From Vicinamibacteria bacterium (GTDB lineage Bacteria; Acidobacteriota; Vicinamibacteria; Marinacidobacterales; SMYC01): 61,605 bases of DNA. Positions 9,536-19,380 of the stretch are shown here, in pieces. Made by a program: the position numbers and the translations under genes. Position 1 is the first letter of the stretch, and every line of letters begins with the position of its first letter. The stretch spans positions 1 through 61,605 of the forward strand of contig DASPGQ010000226.1 in the NCBI GenBank assembly GCA_035620555.1. Direction: 5' to 3'. The notes under the pieces are model-generated. The model ran no database searches. It was not told where the DNA came from and saw only the letters and a program-made list of their open reading frames with translations.

Positions 9536-12019
9536 ATGATCGAGATCCTCTGGCAAGACGTTCGTTACGGTTATCGCATGCTTCGCGCCGCTCCGGTCGT
9601 GGCGCTGACGGCGATTTCGTCGCTCGCGCTGGGAATCGGTGCGAACAGCTCGATGTTTGCCGTCGTGCACGCGGCGCTCTTTCGCCCGCTTCCCGTCGAC
9701 TCACCGGAGGAGCTCTGGTTCCTCTTCACCGGGACGGAAGAAAGCCCGTACGATTCGATCTCCTATCCCGATTATCTCGACTACCGCGACCGCACCGAAG
9801 TGTTTCAGAGCCTGTCCGCCTTTGGAGAGATCGCCGTGAGCCTCGGGGGAGACTCCGCCCCCGAGATATGCCGCGGGCTCATCGTCACCGGCAACTTCTT
9901 CGAGACTCTCGGCCTGCGTCCCCAGCAGGGAAGGCTCCTCACACCCGAAGACGACCGCGTTCCCGGCGAGCATCCGGTCGCGGTGCTCGGCGACGGCCTG
10001 TGGCGGCGCCGCTTCGGTGCGGAGGTTTCGGTCGTGGGACGGATCATCACCCTCAACGGCCGGACGTACCACGTCGTGGGCGTGGCTCCGCGGGGATTTC
10101 GAGGGCCCGATGTGCTCGAGAGCTATGACATTTACGTGCCGATGATGATGCAAGCTTACCTCCGTCCGCCGCGCGGGGGCTTTTCCGGCGAGATGGATCC
10201 CGATCTGCTCGATCGTCGCAACGCGAGCTGGCTCCGCGTCGTAGGACGCCTGCGCTCCGATCGCTCACCCGACGAAGCGGCCATCGCGGTCGGAACCCTC
10301 GCCCGGCAGCTCGAGCGGGTCTATCCCGACACGAACGAGGGAGAATCTGCCACGGTGTTTCCCGTGGAGAAAGTCGACCCCCGGGCATGGCCGTGGCTTT
10401 CGTCGGTTTCCGTCCTTCTCATGGCCGTGGTCGGACTCGTGCTCCTCGTGGCCACGGCCAACGTGACCAGCTTGTTGCTCGCCCGTGCCGTATCGAGGAG
10501 ACGCGAAATCGCCCTGAGGCTCGCTCTCGGCGGCGCCAAGGCTCGCCTGGTGCGTCAGCTCCTCACCGAGAGCCTGCTGCTCAGCGTTCTCGGAGGGGCG
10601 CTGGGCCTTCTCCTCGCGAGTTGGGCCCTGCACGGATTTACCCGGCTCGTACCGGAGGCGGGGATCTTCTCGTTCACTCTCGATTTCCGTGTCGACCTCG
10701 AGGTCGTTCTGTTTACATTTCTCGTGTCCGTCGTCACGGCGGCGCTCGTGGGTCTCGCCCCTGCCCTCCGTTCCTGTCGCGGTGAGCTGGCGAAGACCCT
10801 CAAGCACACCGACGGTGCGGAAGGTCTTCGCGGGCGCTTCGCCGGCCGAAAGGCCCTGGTGCTCGCCCAGCTGGCTCTGTCCATCGTATTGCTCGTGGTG
10901 GCGGGATTGTTCTCGAAGAGCTTCTGGAACTCCCGCGCCGCGGCCCCTGGATTCCGGGCCCACGAAGTCCTCACGGCTCCGCTCCGCATCGACCTGTTGC
11001 GCTACACCAAGACCGACGGCCGGAATCTTTATCGGGACGTCCTGGAGCGCGCCCGGGTGTTGCCCGGCGTCGTGTCCGCCAGTCTGGCACGCGTCGTCCC
11101 CCTCGAGGGCGGAGGCCGAACGACGACCTTTAGGCTCGAGGGCTCGCCGGAGATCGGCCCCGAATGGGACGCCGAACGTCTACCGGTGGTCGGGACCAAC
11201 GTAATCGCGGTCGACTACTTTCGAACGATGGGAATCTCGCTTCTCGAAGGAAGGGACTTTTCCGATCGAGACATCGAGGATGCCCCGTTCGTGGTGGTCA
11301 TCAATGAAACCTTCGCCAAACGCTTCTTCCCCGCCGTCGATGCCCTCGGAAAACGCATTCGACTCGGGGGCGACGAGAGCTCGCGCACCATCGTGGGCGT
11401 CGTGAGCGATTCGAAATACCGTACCGTCGGTGAACCGGCCACCCCGCACGTCTACCAGCCGCTCGCGCAGGTGCACGAAACGGGGATGAGGCTCCTCATG
11501 AGAACCGCCGTTTCTCCCGAGGCTCTCGTTCCCCCATTGCGCAACCTGCTGCTCTCCCTCGAGCCCAACTTGCCGGTGTCGGACATCGTTCCCCTGGAAA
11601 GGCTCGTTCGCAGTGCATTGTTTCCCGCGCGCATGGCGGCAGGGTTGATGACCGTCTTTGCGGTGCTCGCCTCGAGTCTCGCCGCCTTCGGCCTCTACGG
11701 ACTGATGTCGTTCGCCGTCGCCCAACGAAGCCGGGAGATGGGAATCCGGGTGGCGCTCGGCGCGAGTCCGGCGCAGCTCGTGAGACTCGTCGTGGGAGAC
11801 GGTCTGTGGCTCGTGACCGTCGGCGTGGTGCTGGGCTGGGCGGGCGCGGCCGCCATGTCGAGGTTCCTCGCTGGCTTCCTCTATGGCGTGAGCCCGATCG
11901 ACCCGATCACCTTTGGATCCGTTGCCCTTCTCCTCTCGCTGGTCATGCTGACGGCTGCTTACGTACCCGCCCTGCGTGCGGGCCGATCCGACCCCCTGAT
12001 TGCGCTCCGGTACGAATAG
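9536..12019 (+). CDS. ADOP-family duplicated FtsX/MacB-type ABC permease (orphan, no adjacent ATPase)
   Basis: ORF 9338..12019 trimmed to ATG 9536, with a GGAGAGG Shine-Dalgarno 9 nt upstream. Family-typical N-terminus MIEILWQDVRYGYRMLRAAPVVALTAISSLALGIGANSSMFAVV. Two FtsX-type 4-TM modules, each preceded by a large periplasmic domain. Confidence 0.85.
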   Translation: MIEILWQDVRYGYRMLRAAPVVALTAISSLALGIGANSSMFAVVHAALFRPLPVDSPEELWFLFTGTEESPYDSISYPDYLDYRDRTEVFQSLSAFGEIAVSLGGDSAPEICRGLIVTGNFFETLGLRPQQGRLLTPEDDRVPGEHPVAVLGDGLWRRRFGAEVSVVGRIITLNGRTYHVVGVAPRGFRGPDVLESYDIYVPMMMQAYLRPPRGGFSGEMDPDLLDRRNASWLRVVGRLRSDRSPDEAAIAVGTLARQLERVYPDTNEGESATVFPVEKVDPRAWPWLSSVSVLLMAVVGLVLLVATANVTSLLLARAVSRRREIALRLALGGAKARLVRQLLTESLLLSVLGGALGLLLASWALHGFTRLVPEAGIFSFTLDFRVDLEVVLFTFLVSVVTAALVGLAPALRSCRGELAKTLKHTDGAEGLRGRFAGRKALVLAQLALSIVLLVVAGLFSKSFWNSRAAAPGFRAHEVLTAPLRIDLLRYTKTDGRNLYRDVLERARVLPGVVSASLARVVPLEGGGRTTTFRLEGSPEIGPEWDAERLPVVGTNVIAVDYFRTMGISLLEGRDFSDRDIEDAPFVVVINETFAKRFFPAVDALGKRIRLGGDESSRTIVGVVSDSKYRTVGEPATPHVYQPLAQVHETGMRLLMRTAVSPEALVPPLRNLLLSLEPNLPVSDIVPLERLVRSALFPARMAAGLMTVFAVLASSLAAFGLYGLMSFAVAQRSREMGIRVALGASPAQLVRLVVGDGLWLVTVGVVLGWAGAAAMSRFLAGFLYGVSPIDPITFGSVALLLSLVMLTAAYVPALRAGRSDPLIALRYE

Positions 12020-12025
12020 CAGTTG

Positions 12026-13984
12026 TTAGTCGGAAAGCGCGTCGAGCGCTTCGAGGTCGAGCCACTCACGGGACTGCACCGCGGGAAGCTGCAGAGCCCG
12101 TTCGCGGTCGAGGTCCAGGTTTCCCAGGTGCACCGACTGGGGCGCCTGCACCCACTTGAAGATCGATCCGATGAAAAGGCCGCAGAACCGCTTCACCCAA
12201 TCCTTGAGCATGCCCGGTCGATAATCGGGCCGCATCCGCTTCAGCTCTTCGTCGGTCCAGGTCGCGCGCAGCGCCGAGTAGAGCTCCACCGGCATGAGCT
12301 TCTCACCGGCGAAAAGAGCGAAGCAGGCGTCGAGCACGGGAAACGGCATGAGATCCTTCTCGTCTTCCTGATTCTCCGCGAGCTCGGCCGAGGCTTTCGT
12401 TTCGAGAAGCTCGTCGAGAACCTCGATGTCGTGCTTCTTGCGAAGGTAGCCGAGCAGACGGATGACGATCGTCTTGGGAAGGTTCCCCAGGAGTGAATAG
12501 GCTCCCATGAGGTCCCCCCCGATGGTCGTGTAGCCGACCGCCTTCTCGCTCATGTTGCCCGTCTGAATCCAGAGAGCCCGGGTCGCGTTCGCCCAGTTCC
12601 ACATGCGCTGGGCGCGGATGCGAGCTTGAATGTTCTGTCGCGTCAGGGCGGGGAGCTCTTCAGATGGGCCGAGCATCGCCTGCGCCGCCTCGACCTCGCG
12701 CTCGAAAGCATCCTCGATCGGGACTTCCCGGAAGCTGACCCCGAGTGCGGCACAGAGCTTCGTCGAGATCGCTCGGGTCGTCGGTGAATTGAACCGGGTG
12801 GGCATCGAAAAACAGCAGATGAAGTCCCGGATTCGGGCTCGCCGTTCCTTCTCCGGCAGGTCGCGAAACCGCTCGCGGGCGTAGAGCCAGGCGATGACGA
12901 GCGTGAGTGAAGAGTCCTTGCCGCCCGACACAGCGATGCCCAGCTTGTCGAAAGCGCCCGTTTTCCGAAAGTAGCCGTCGAGTCCGGTTCGCATCGCGGC
13001 AACGAGATCTTCGTACCATTGCTTCTCGGGTGGTAGCTTTGGCCCGGGCTCGGGAACGAAGAAGTTCTTGCTCGGGGAAATCTCGGGTCGGAGCTCCGAA
13101 TCGGGAATGTCGACCTCGACGATCCTGACGGGCGGATGCGTTCTCAGATAGGCCTCGGCGCTCGCTCGCCACGTGGTGCTCTCGAAGCGAAGCCGCCGCG
13201 TGCGGTCGAGATCGACCACGAACGAGGACCACCCCTCGCGCCAGCGCTCGGCTTCGTGGAGCAACCGGCCGTTCTGGTTGACATAGGCCCCGCCGTCGAA
13301 CACGAGCGAGTCCTGCCCCCCGACCTGGTTCACGTAGACGAAGGTCACCTGATTGTCCGAAGCCCGCGTGGCAATGAGCTCCCTTCTCGTCTCGGCGATG
13401 CCGGTGCGCCAGGGCGAAGCCGAGAGGTTCAGTACCAGCTCGGCGCCGGAAGCCGAACGGCGCAACAAGGGACCATCGGCGACCCACATGTCCTCGCAGA
13501 CTTCGACCGTGAAGACGCCGAACGGGGCACGGAACAGTAGATCGCCGAACGGGGCTCCGAGCACCGTCCGCGTCTCACCGGGAATGCCTCGCGCGAAGAC
13601 GCGGCTTTCGTAGAACACGCCGTAGGTCGGAAGGTGCTCCTTGGGCACCAAGCCGACGATTTGTCCGGCGGCGACGACCGCAACCGCGTTGTAGACGAAT
13701 CCACGGTCGGCGACCGACAGGCCGAGGGCGAAGATCGTGGGATGGGTGAGCGCTCCCGTGGCCTCGGCGAAACGCTCCAGGGCCCGACCCTGCTGCTCCA
13801 CGAACCCGCGCCACTGGACGAGATCTTCGGTGGGGTATCCCGGGATGACCTGCTCGGTGAATACGCCGATGGCGCATCGATTCGCCGACATCTCGGCGGC
13901 CATCTCGATCAACCGCTCGAGGTTCGAGGGAATCGCCCCGACGGTCGGGTCGAGATTAGCGAGCCCAATCTTTACCGGCTGCAT
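12026..13984 (-). CDS. nadE: Glutamine-dependent NAD+ synthetase
   Basis: N-terminal CN-hydrolase domain (FTVEVCEDMW) plus a C-terminal NAD synthetase with the PP-loop GIAVSGGKDSSLT. The start ATG shares one base with the pncB stop (TGATG). Confidence 0.9.
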   Translation of the reverse strand: MQPVKIGLANLDPTVGAIPSNLERLIEMAAEMSANRCAIGVFTEQVIPGYPTEDLVQWRGFVEQQGRALERFAEATGALTHPTIFALGLSVADRGFVYNAVAVVAAGQIVGLVPKEHLPTYGVFYESRVFARGIPGETRTVLGAPFGDLLFRAPFGVFTVEVCEDMWVADGPLLRRSASGAELVLNLSASPWRTGIAETRRELIATRASDNQVTFVYVNQVGGQDSLVFDGGAYVNQNGRLLHEAERWREGWSSFVVDLDRTRRLRFESTTWRASAEAYLRTHPPVRIVEVDIPDSELRPEISPSKNFFVPEPGPKLPPEKQWYEDLVAAMRTGLDGYFRKTGAFDKLGIAVSGGKDSSLTLVIAWLYARERFRDLPEKERRARIRDFICCFSMPTRFNSPTTRAISTKLCAALGVSFREVPIEDAFEREVEAAQAMLGPSEELPALTRQNIQARIRAQRMWNWANATRALWIQTGNMSEKAVGYTTIGGDLMGAYSLLGNLPKTIVIRLLGYLRKKHDIEVLDELLETKASAELAENQEDEKDLMPFPVLDACFALFAGEKLMPVELYSALRATWTDEELKRMRPDYRPGMLKDWVKRFCGLFIGSIFKWVQAPQSVHLGNLDLDRERALQLPAVQSREWLDLEALDALSD

Positions 13985-15213
13985 CAGTAGCGAACGGCCC
14001 GGGCGTGCTCGTGCTGGTGTCCGAAGATGCGCCGGAAACGCTCGATGTCCTCCTTCGTGCCGGTGGACTTGGCCAGGTTGTCACTGAGCTTCACGGTGCG
14101 GTGGCCGTTCGCCTCGACGGCCTTCACGACGATCGAGATGGGCTCGAAGCCGAGGTCGTTCGTCAGATTCGTTCCCCAGCCGAAGCTCAGCTTGATTCGG
14201 CCATGAAACCGCTGGGACAGCGCGAGGATGGTCTCGAGCTCGAGACCATCGCTGAAAATGAGGAGCTTCTCCCTCGGGTCGATGCCGATGTCCCGGTAGA
14301 AACGGATCGCCTTCTCGCCAAACTCGAACGGATCTCCCGAGTCATGCCGAAGCCCCTTCCAGGCACGTGCCTGCGCCTCGGTCATGTCCCGAAAGAAGAA
14401 GTCGGCGCCATAGGTATCGGTGAGGGCAATGGACAACCCCCAGCCGTACAGATCCCACCAGTCCTCGAGCACCCGATTGTGGGAATCGTGTATCCGATCG
14501 TCGGACTCGTGCATGATGCCGGACATCACCATATAGAGCTCGTGCGCCGACGTCCCCATGGGTACGAGCCCGTGGAGCATTGCGGACTCGGTCGAGGAGG
14601 TCCCGAGAAACTGTGCCGGCATCTCTTCGGCCAGCGTCCGGTCCACGTAGTGCTGCCAGCTCCGGCTGAAGCGACGTCTCGTCCCGAAATCGACGAACTT
14701 GACCTCGGGGTGCTCCCTGAGGACCTCGATCTTCCGTGACAGACGGAGCTTCCCGCGAGCGTCGACCAGATCTTTCTCGAAGCGACTCATGTCCTTCATG
14801 AGGTTTCGATAGTAGAGCTCGTTCACGATGGCGAGGCCGATGGTCTCCCAGTAGATCGTCTCCGACCACCTGCCGCGGAACCGGAGGCGAAAGCTTCCGT
14901 CCACGACCTCGAGCTCGTACTCCGGGAGTTTGAAGTCGCGAAGGAACTCGAGGTAGTCCTCGGCGAACATGCGATCGCCGTACTCGTTCGTTCCCCGGAG
15001 GTAGTGGAGCTCGCTGTTGTTGAAGCGAAGGCTCCTCACGTGATCGAGCTCCTCGCGTAGCTCGGCGCGGTCGACGATCTCCGCGAGGCGAACTCGACGG
15101 GTCCGATTCGTCAAGGAGTAAGTCACCGGCACGTCGCGGTAGCGGAGGAAGACGAGCTGGCCCATCGTGAACTTGTAGAAATCGACATCGAGAAGAGATT
15201 GCACCACCGGCAT
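13984..15213 (-). CDS. pncB: Nicotinate phosphoribosyltransferase
   Basis: ORF 13984..15363 trimmed to ATG 15213. MPVVQSLLDVDFYKFTMGQLVF is the typical PncB N-terminus, followed by FVDFGTRRRFS and MGTSAHE. Confidence 0.9.
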   Translation of the reverse strand: MPVVQSLLDVDFYKFTMGQLVFLRYRDVPVTYSLTNRTRRVRLAEIVDRAELREELDHVRSLRFNNSELHYLRGTNEYGDRMFAEDYLEFLRDFKLPEYELEVVDGSFRLRFRGRWSETIYWETIGLAIVNELYYRNLMKDMSRFEKDLVDARGKLRLSRKIEVLREHPEVKFVDFGTRRRFSRSWQHYVDRTLAEEMPAQFLGTSSTESAMLHGLVPMGTSAHELYMVMSGIMHESDDRIHDSHNRVLEDWWDLYGWGLSIALTDTYGADFFFRDMTEAQARAWKGLRHDSGDPFEFGEKAIRFYRDIGIDPREKLLIFSDGLELETILALSQRFHGRIKLSFGWGTNLTNDLGFEPISIVVKAVEANGHRTVKLSDNLAKSTGTKEDIERFRRIFGHQHEHARAVRY

Positions 15214-15215
15214 CG

Positions 15216-16238
15216 TCAGCCTCGCTTTTCCATGGCCGCTCCCCACTCGCTCATGGGTGTGGACGCGAGCACCCGATGTATTCCCGCGCGCTCGAACTCC
15301 CGAAACATCGCATCGGCCTTTTCGGTGAAGTCCACTCCGGGCGCGACCACCGGTGACGTGCAATCCTCGAGGAGGTACACCTTCTGCGCCAGGGCCGGGT
15401 CACGCTCCCCGATCTCCTCGAGAAGGTCCGAGATGGTGAAGCTCACGCAGTGGCTCTTGGCCTGTCCGGCGACGATCAAGGCATCGTAGCCCAGCAGGGT
15501 GTCCGTGAGAGCGTGGTTCTTTCGCGCGATGATGCCCTCGGGTCCCTCGAGCACCTCGGGGCGGAGAACGGAGTAGTTCTCGGTCAGTGGGTTTTCGCCC
15601 TTCACCTCGAACGAGGCCTGGCTCGAGCGCGCCACGGTGTGGAAGAAAACGGCTTCCTCGATGGCGGAAACGAGCGCGTGACCGATCCCGCCGAGCATCG
15701 CATGGTAGGGCCAGACCATCATTTGGTACTTCCCGTCCCGACTCAGGCGCCGGCAATAATGAACCAGATGCTGCTGCAGCGACTCGCGGTCGCCCCGAGC
15801 AATGGAATCGGCGACGAGGGGGTTCACCCGGTAGCGGCCCGATTCCACGTCTTCGAGGGAGATCGCGGTCATCGGCGCCGGGTGATCTCCTTTCTCGTCC
15901 ACGAGGAAGACCTCGTGGAAGATCTGCATGGCCGTATGGGTGTCGAGCGTGACATGAATGCGGGTGATGTGCTGCAAGTTGCGATAGATGAACTCGGCAA
16001 GGCGCCGGTTGTCTCTCACCGCCCCGTCGCCCGACCGTCCGGCGACGAATAGCTCGAACCCGGGTATGCAGAACGTGTTCTGCACGTCGACGAGGAGGAG
16101 TCCCACGCGACGCTCATCGGTGCGCGCCGGGCGAATGTCGTGCCTCGCCGCGAACGACCGTGCCTCGGCGGCGAGCTCCTGATAGGAAACGCGGTAGATC
16201 TCTCCCACGCGGCCCGGATCGAAGTGCTCGGGGATCAA
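15216..16238 (-). CDS. pncA: Isochorismatase-family hydrolase, probable nicotinamidase (long form, 340 aa)
   Basis: ORF 15216..16787 has no ATG near the domain start. I propose TTG 16238, with GGAGG 4 nt upstream, overlapping the nrtR stop (TTGA). Motifs LLLVDVQNTFC (Asp) and IVAGQAKSHCVSFT (Cys nucleophile). Lies between nrtR and pncB. Confidence 0.75.
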   Translation of the reverse strand: MIPEHFDPGRVGEIYRVSYQELAAEARSFAARHDIRPARTDERRVGLLLVDVQNTFCIPGFELFVAGRSGDGAVRDNRRLAEFIYRNLQHITRIHVTLDTHTAMQIFHEVFLVDEKGDHPAPMTAISLEDVESGRYRVNPLVADSIARGDRESLQQHLVHYCRRLSRDGKYQMMVWPYHAMLGGIGHALVSAIEEAVFFHTVARSSQASFEVKGENPLTENYSVLRPEVLEGPEGIIARKNHALTDTLLGYDALIVAGQAKSHCVSFTISDLLEEIGERDPALAQKVYLLEDCTSPVVAPGVDFTEKADAMFREFERAGIHRVLASTPMSEWGAAMEKRG

Positions 16239-16912
16239 AAGACCTCCACGATCTCCGGCTGCATCTTCTCGAAACGATAGAGCATGGCGGGCCGGTGGCG
16301 CCCACCCGTCGCCCGCTCTCCCGAGGCCTCGACGAGACCGAGCGAGAGTACCTTCTTGCGAAAGTTTCGCTTGTCGAGAGAGCGCTTCAACACGGTCTCG
16401 TAAGCACTCTGGAGCTGTGACAGGGTGAACTTCGACGGAAGAAGCGAGAACATCACATTCGTGTACTGCACCTTCGACTGAAGACGTTTCTGGGCATAGG
16501 CGAGGATCTCTTCGTGATCGTAGGCGAGCGGCCGAGGGCGCCGGTCCAAGTCCCAGAATCGCACCGCTCGGTACTTCTCCGTCGTCTGCAGCGCCACGCC
16601 TCCGGGCGGTACCAGAGAGAAATAAGCGACCGAGACCACCCGGTTGGAAGGATCGCGCTTTCGATCGTCGAAGGTGTAGAGCTGTTCGAGGTATACGTGA
16701 CTGACGCCGGTCTGCTCTCTGAGGATACGCGCCGCCGCCGCGTCGAGGGCTTCTCCGTCCTCGACGAGGCCTCCGGGGAAGGCCCACCGGTCCTCGAACG
16801 GCCTTCGTTTCATCTGGATGAGAAGAACCTGCAGGCTGCCTTCGAGGACGGTGAAGATGCAGTTGTCGACGGCGACACCGATGTTTTGGCGGAGCCTCCC
16901 GTGGTCGGGCAC
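16235..16912 (-). CDS. nrtR: Nudix-related transcriptional regulator NrtR (NAD metabolism repressor)
   Basis: Degenerate Nudix domain (WAFPGGLVEDGEALDAAAARILREQTGV) plus a C-terminal winged HTH (FTLSQLQSAYETVLKRSLDKRNFRKKV). GTG start. First gene of the nrtR-pncA-pncB-nadE operon. Confidence 0.85.
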   Translation of the reverse strand: MPDHGRLRQNIGVAVDNCIFTVLEGSLQVLLIQMKRRPFEDRWAFPGGLVEDGEALDAAAARILREQTGVSHVYLEQLYTFDDRKRDPSNRVVSVAYFSLVPPGGVALQTTEKYRAVRFWDLDRRPRPLAYDHEEILAYAQKRLQSKVQYTNVMFSLLPSKFTLSQLQSAYETVLKRSLDKRNFRKKVLSLGLVEASGERATGGRHRPAMLYRFEKMQPEIVEVF

Positions 16913-16916
16913 GAAA

Positions 16917-16937
16917 TTAGTGTACTCTATACACTAA
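16917..16937 (-). promoter_or_regulatory. Candidate NrtR operator (21-bp palindrome)
   Basis: TTAGTGTACTCTATACACTAA has 8+8 perfectly complementary arms around a 5-nt centre and contains GT-N7-AC. It lies 4 nt upstream of the nrtR GTG, in the 39-bp gap after galU. Confidence 0.55.
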
Positions 16938-16951
16938 CAAAGCGCAAGTCG

Positions 16952-17815
16952 CTAGAGCTTTAGTCCTTTCAAGTAGTTCCGGAAGGCGTTGCCCAGATCG
17001 GGCCGTCTCAGCGCATACTCGACCGTTGCAGTGAGGAAACCCAGCTTGTTCCCGCAGTCGTGTCGAACGCCCCGGAACTCGAACCCATAGACCGGCGTCT
17101 CCGACAACAAAGACTGGAGAGCGTTCGTGAGCTGGATCTCGCCTCTTTGATCGCGGTCGGTCTCGCGAATGTGCCGGAAGATGGATGGAGTCAATATGTA
17201 GCGTCCGATGATCGCGAGATCGGAGGGGGCCTCGTGCTTCGGCGGCTTTTCCACCAGGCCGCTTACCCGATGGAGCCGTTCGCCCTCGGGGGCCGCGGCG
17301 ATGACGCCGTAGCTCGAGATTTCCTCTGGCCTCACGCGCATCACGGCGAGGACCGGGGCCCTCACTCGCTCGAAGACCTCGATCATCTGGGCGATGCAAG
17401 GGACGTCACTGACGACGAGGTCGTCGCCGAGAAGGACGGCGAAAGGCTGGTCGCCGACGATCGGCTCGGAAACCAGCACGGCGTGCCCGAGTCCGAGCGC
17501 CTCCTTCTGGCGAACGTACGAGACGTTGACGAGATCGGAGATGGACCTCACGATGGCGAGCTCCTCGGGCTTGTGCTTCTCCTCGAGGAAGCGCTCGAGC
17601 TCGAAGGAGACGTCGAAGTGGTCTTCGATCGCCGTCTTGCCCCGCCCGGTCACGATGACCACGTCGCTGATTCCGGCTTCGACCGATTCTTCCACGACGT
17701 ACTGAATGAGAGGTTTGTCTACGAGGGGGAGCATCTCTTTCGGTTGCGCCTTCGTCGCCGGGAGGAAGCGGGTGCCGAGTCCTGCAGCCGGAAGAACTGC
17801 TTTGCGAATCATCAT
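16952..17815 (-). CDS. galU: UTP--glucose-1-phosphate uridylyltransferase
   Basis: ORF trimmed to ATG 17815. MMIRKAVLPAAGLGTRFLPATKAQPKEMLPLVDKPLIQYVVEE is the canonical GalU N-terminus. Confidence 0.92.
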   Translation of the reverse strand: MMIRKAVLPAAGLGTRFLPATKAQPKEMLPLVDKPLIQYVVEESVEAGISDVVIVTGRGKTAIEDHFDVSFELERFLEEKHKPEELAIVRSISDLVNVSYVRQKEALGLGHAVLVSEPIVGDQPFAVLLGDDLVVSDVPCIAQMIEVFERVRAPVLAVMRVRPEEISSYGVIAAAPEGERLHRVSGLVEKPPKHEAPSDLAIIGRYILTPSIFRHIRETDRDQRGEIQLTNALQSLLSETPVYGFEFRGVRHDCGNKLGFLTATVEYALRRPDLGNAFRNYLKGLKL

Positions 17816-17965
17816 GTAAGAGTTTCCTTGTCGATTCTTGGAGTTGGGAGTACAAAGCGAGCGATTGCAATAGGTTAGCATGCTCCATCTTCCACGCGCA
17901 AGAGACGGCTCGAGAAGGGGGGCGGCAGTCGGAGGTTTCTCGTTTCAGGGTTAAAATGCGCTTCG

Positions 17966-19252
17966 ATGCTCGATCTGAACTTCGCAACCCAGAACATCGA
18001 CTTCGTCCGTGCGCGCGTGCGCGAGCGCGGCGTCGACGTCGATCTCGACGAGCTCGTCCGCCTGAACGACGAGAGGAAGCGCCTCCAGACCGAGGTCAGC
18101 ACTCTGCGACACGACCATTCGGAGTCCTCCAAACAGATTGGCGCCCTGTTCAAACAGGGGAAGAAGGAAGAAGCCGAGGCACTTCGCGGCGAGCTTCGCG
18201 CCGCGTCCGATCGAATCAAGGAAAAGGAGGAGCGCCAGAGCGAGGCCGAAGAGCAGTGCGAGAGGCTCTTGGCAACGCTTCCCAATCTGGCTCACGAGAG
18301 CGTGCCCGTGGGCGCCGACGCCTCGTCGAACGTCGAAGTGCGAAGGGTCGGCGAGCCAAGGAATTTCCCCTTCGATCCCCGGCCGCACTGGGAGCTCGGA
18401 GAATCGCTCGGCATCCTCGACTTCGACCGCGCGGGGAAGATATCGGGCGCCCGCTTCGCGGTGCTCAGCGGCATGGGCGCGAAGCTCGAGCGCGCTCTCA
18501 TCAATTTCATGCTCGACATACACACCCGCGAGCACGGCTATCGGGAGATTCTTCCGCCGTTTCTGGTGGGCGCCCAGGCGCTCTTCGGAACGGGGCAGCT
18601 TCCCAAACTGGAGGCGGACCTCTTCAAGGTGCGCGAGCGGGATTTGTACCTGGTGCCGACCGCGGAAGTGCCGCTCACGAACCTTCATCGGGAAGAGATT
18701 CTGGAGGCGGACGAGCTTCCCAAACGCTACACCGCCTACACGCCCTGTTTCCGCAGCGAGGCCGGCTCCTACGGAAAGGACGTCCGTGGTCTCATCCGCC
18801 AGCACCAGTTCGACAAGGTGGAGCTGGTGAAGATCACTGAGCCGGAAAGCTCCTACGACGAGCTCGAGAGCCTGACGGCGAACGCCGCCGCGATCCTGGA
18901 GCGGCTCGAGCTCCCCTATCGCCAGGTCACGCTTTCGTCGGGTGACATGGGATTCTCGGCGGCGAAGACCTACGATCTGGAGGTATGGCTACCCTCGCAG
19001 CACACCTATCGCGAGATCAGCTCGTGCAGCAATTGTACGGATTTCCAGGCGAGGCGCGCGGGCATCCGCTATCGGCCATCCCCAAGGGCGAAGCCGCGCT
19101 ACTGCCATACTCTGAACGGTTCGGGCCTCGCGGTGGGGCGCACCTGGCTTGCCATTCTCGAGAACTTCCAGGACGAGGACGGCTCGGTCACGATACCGGA
19201 AGCTCTGCAACCCTACCTCGACGACAACGAGCGGCTGTCTCGAGCACGGTAG
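17966..19252 (+). CDS. serS: Seryl-tRNA synthetase
   Basis: N-terminal coiled-coil arm, then class II motifs ([60 protein letters not shown]). Confidence 0.95.
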   Translation: MLDLNFATQNIDFVRARVRERGVDVDLDELVRLNDERKRLQTEVSTLRHDHSESSKQIGALFKQGKKEEAEALRGELRAASDRIKEKEERQSEAEEQCERLLATLPNLAHESVPVGADASSNVEVRRVGEPRNFPFDPRPHWELGESLGILDFDRAGKISGARFAVLSGMGAKLERALINFMLDIHTREHGYREILPPFLVGAQALFGTGQLPKLEADLFKVRERDLYLVPTAEVPLTNLHREEILEADELPKRYTAYTPCFRSEAGSYGKDVRGLIRQHQFDKVELVKITEPESSYDELESLTANAAAILERLELPYRQVTLSSGDMGFSAAKTYDLEVWLPSQHTYREISSCSNCTDFQARRAGIRYRPSPRAKPRYCHTLNGSGLAVGRTWLAILENFQDEDGSVTIPEALQPYLDDNERLSRAR

Positions 19253-19267
19253 AATGACATCGGTTCC

Positions 19268-19353
19268 GGAGGGATGGCCGAGTGGTCGAAGGCGGCGGTC
19301 TTGAAAACCGCAGACCGAGAGGTCCGGGGGTTCGAATCCCTCTCCCTCCGCCA
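19268..19353 (+). tRNA. tRNA-Ser (anticodon UGA), CCA encoded
   Basis: Hand-folded. Acceptor GGAGGGA/TCCCTCC, anticodon stem GCGGT/ACCGC with loop CTTGAAA, long variable arm, T-loop TTCGAAT, then G and CCA. Confidence 0.9.
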
Positions 19354-19380
19354 GCCGGCCCCGAACAAAGCTGTACGGAG

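Noticed and set aside
17956-18840. 294-aa plus-strand ORF overlapping serS in another frame
   Set aside because: The translation is extremely Arg-rich with no motifs. The serS frame carries all class II synthetase motifs.
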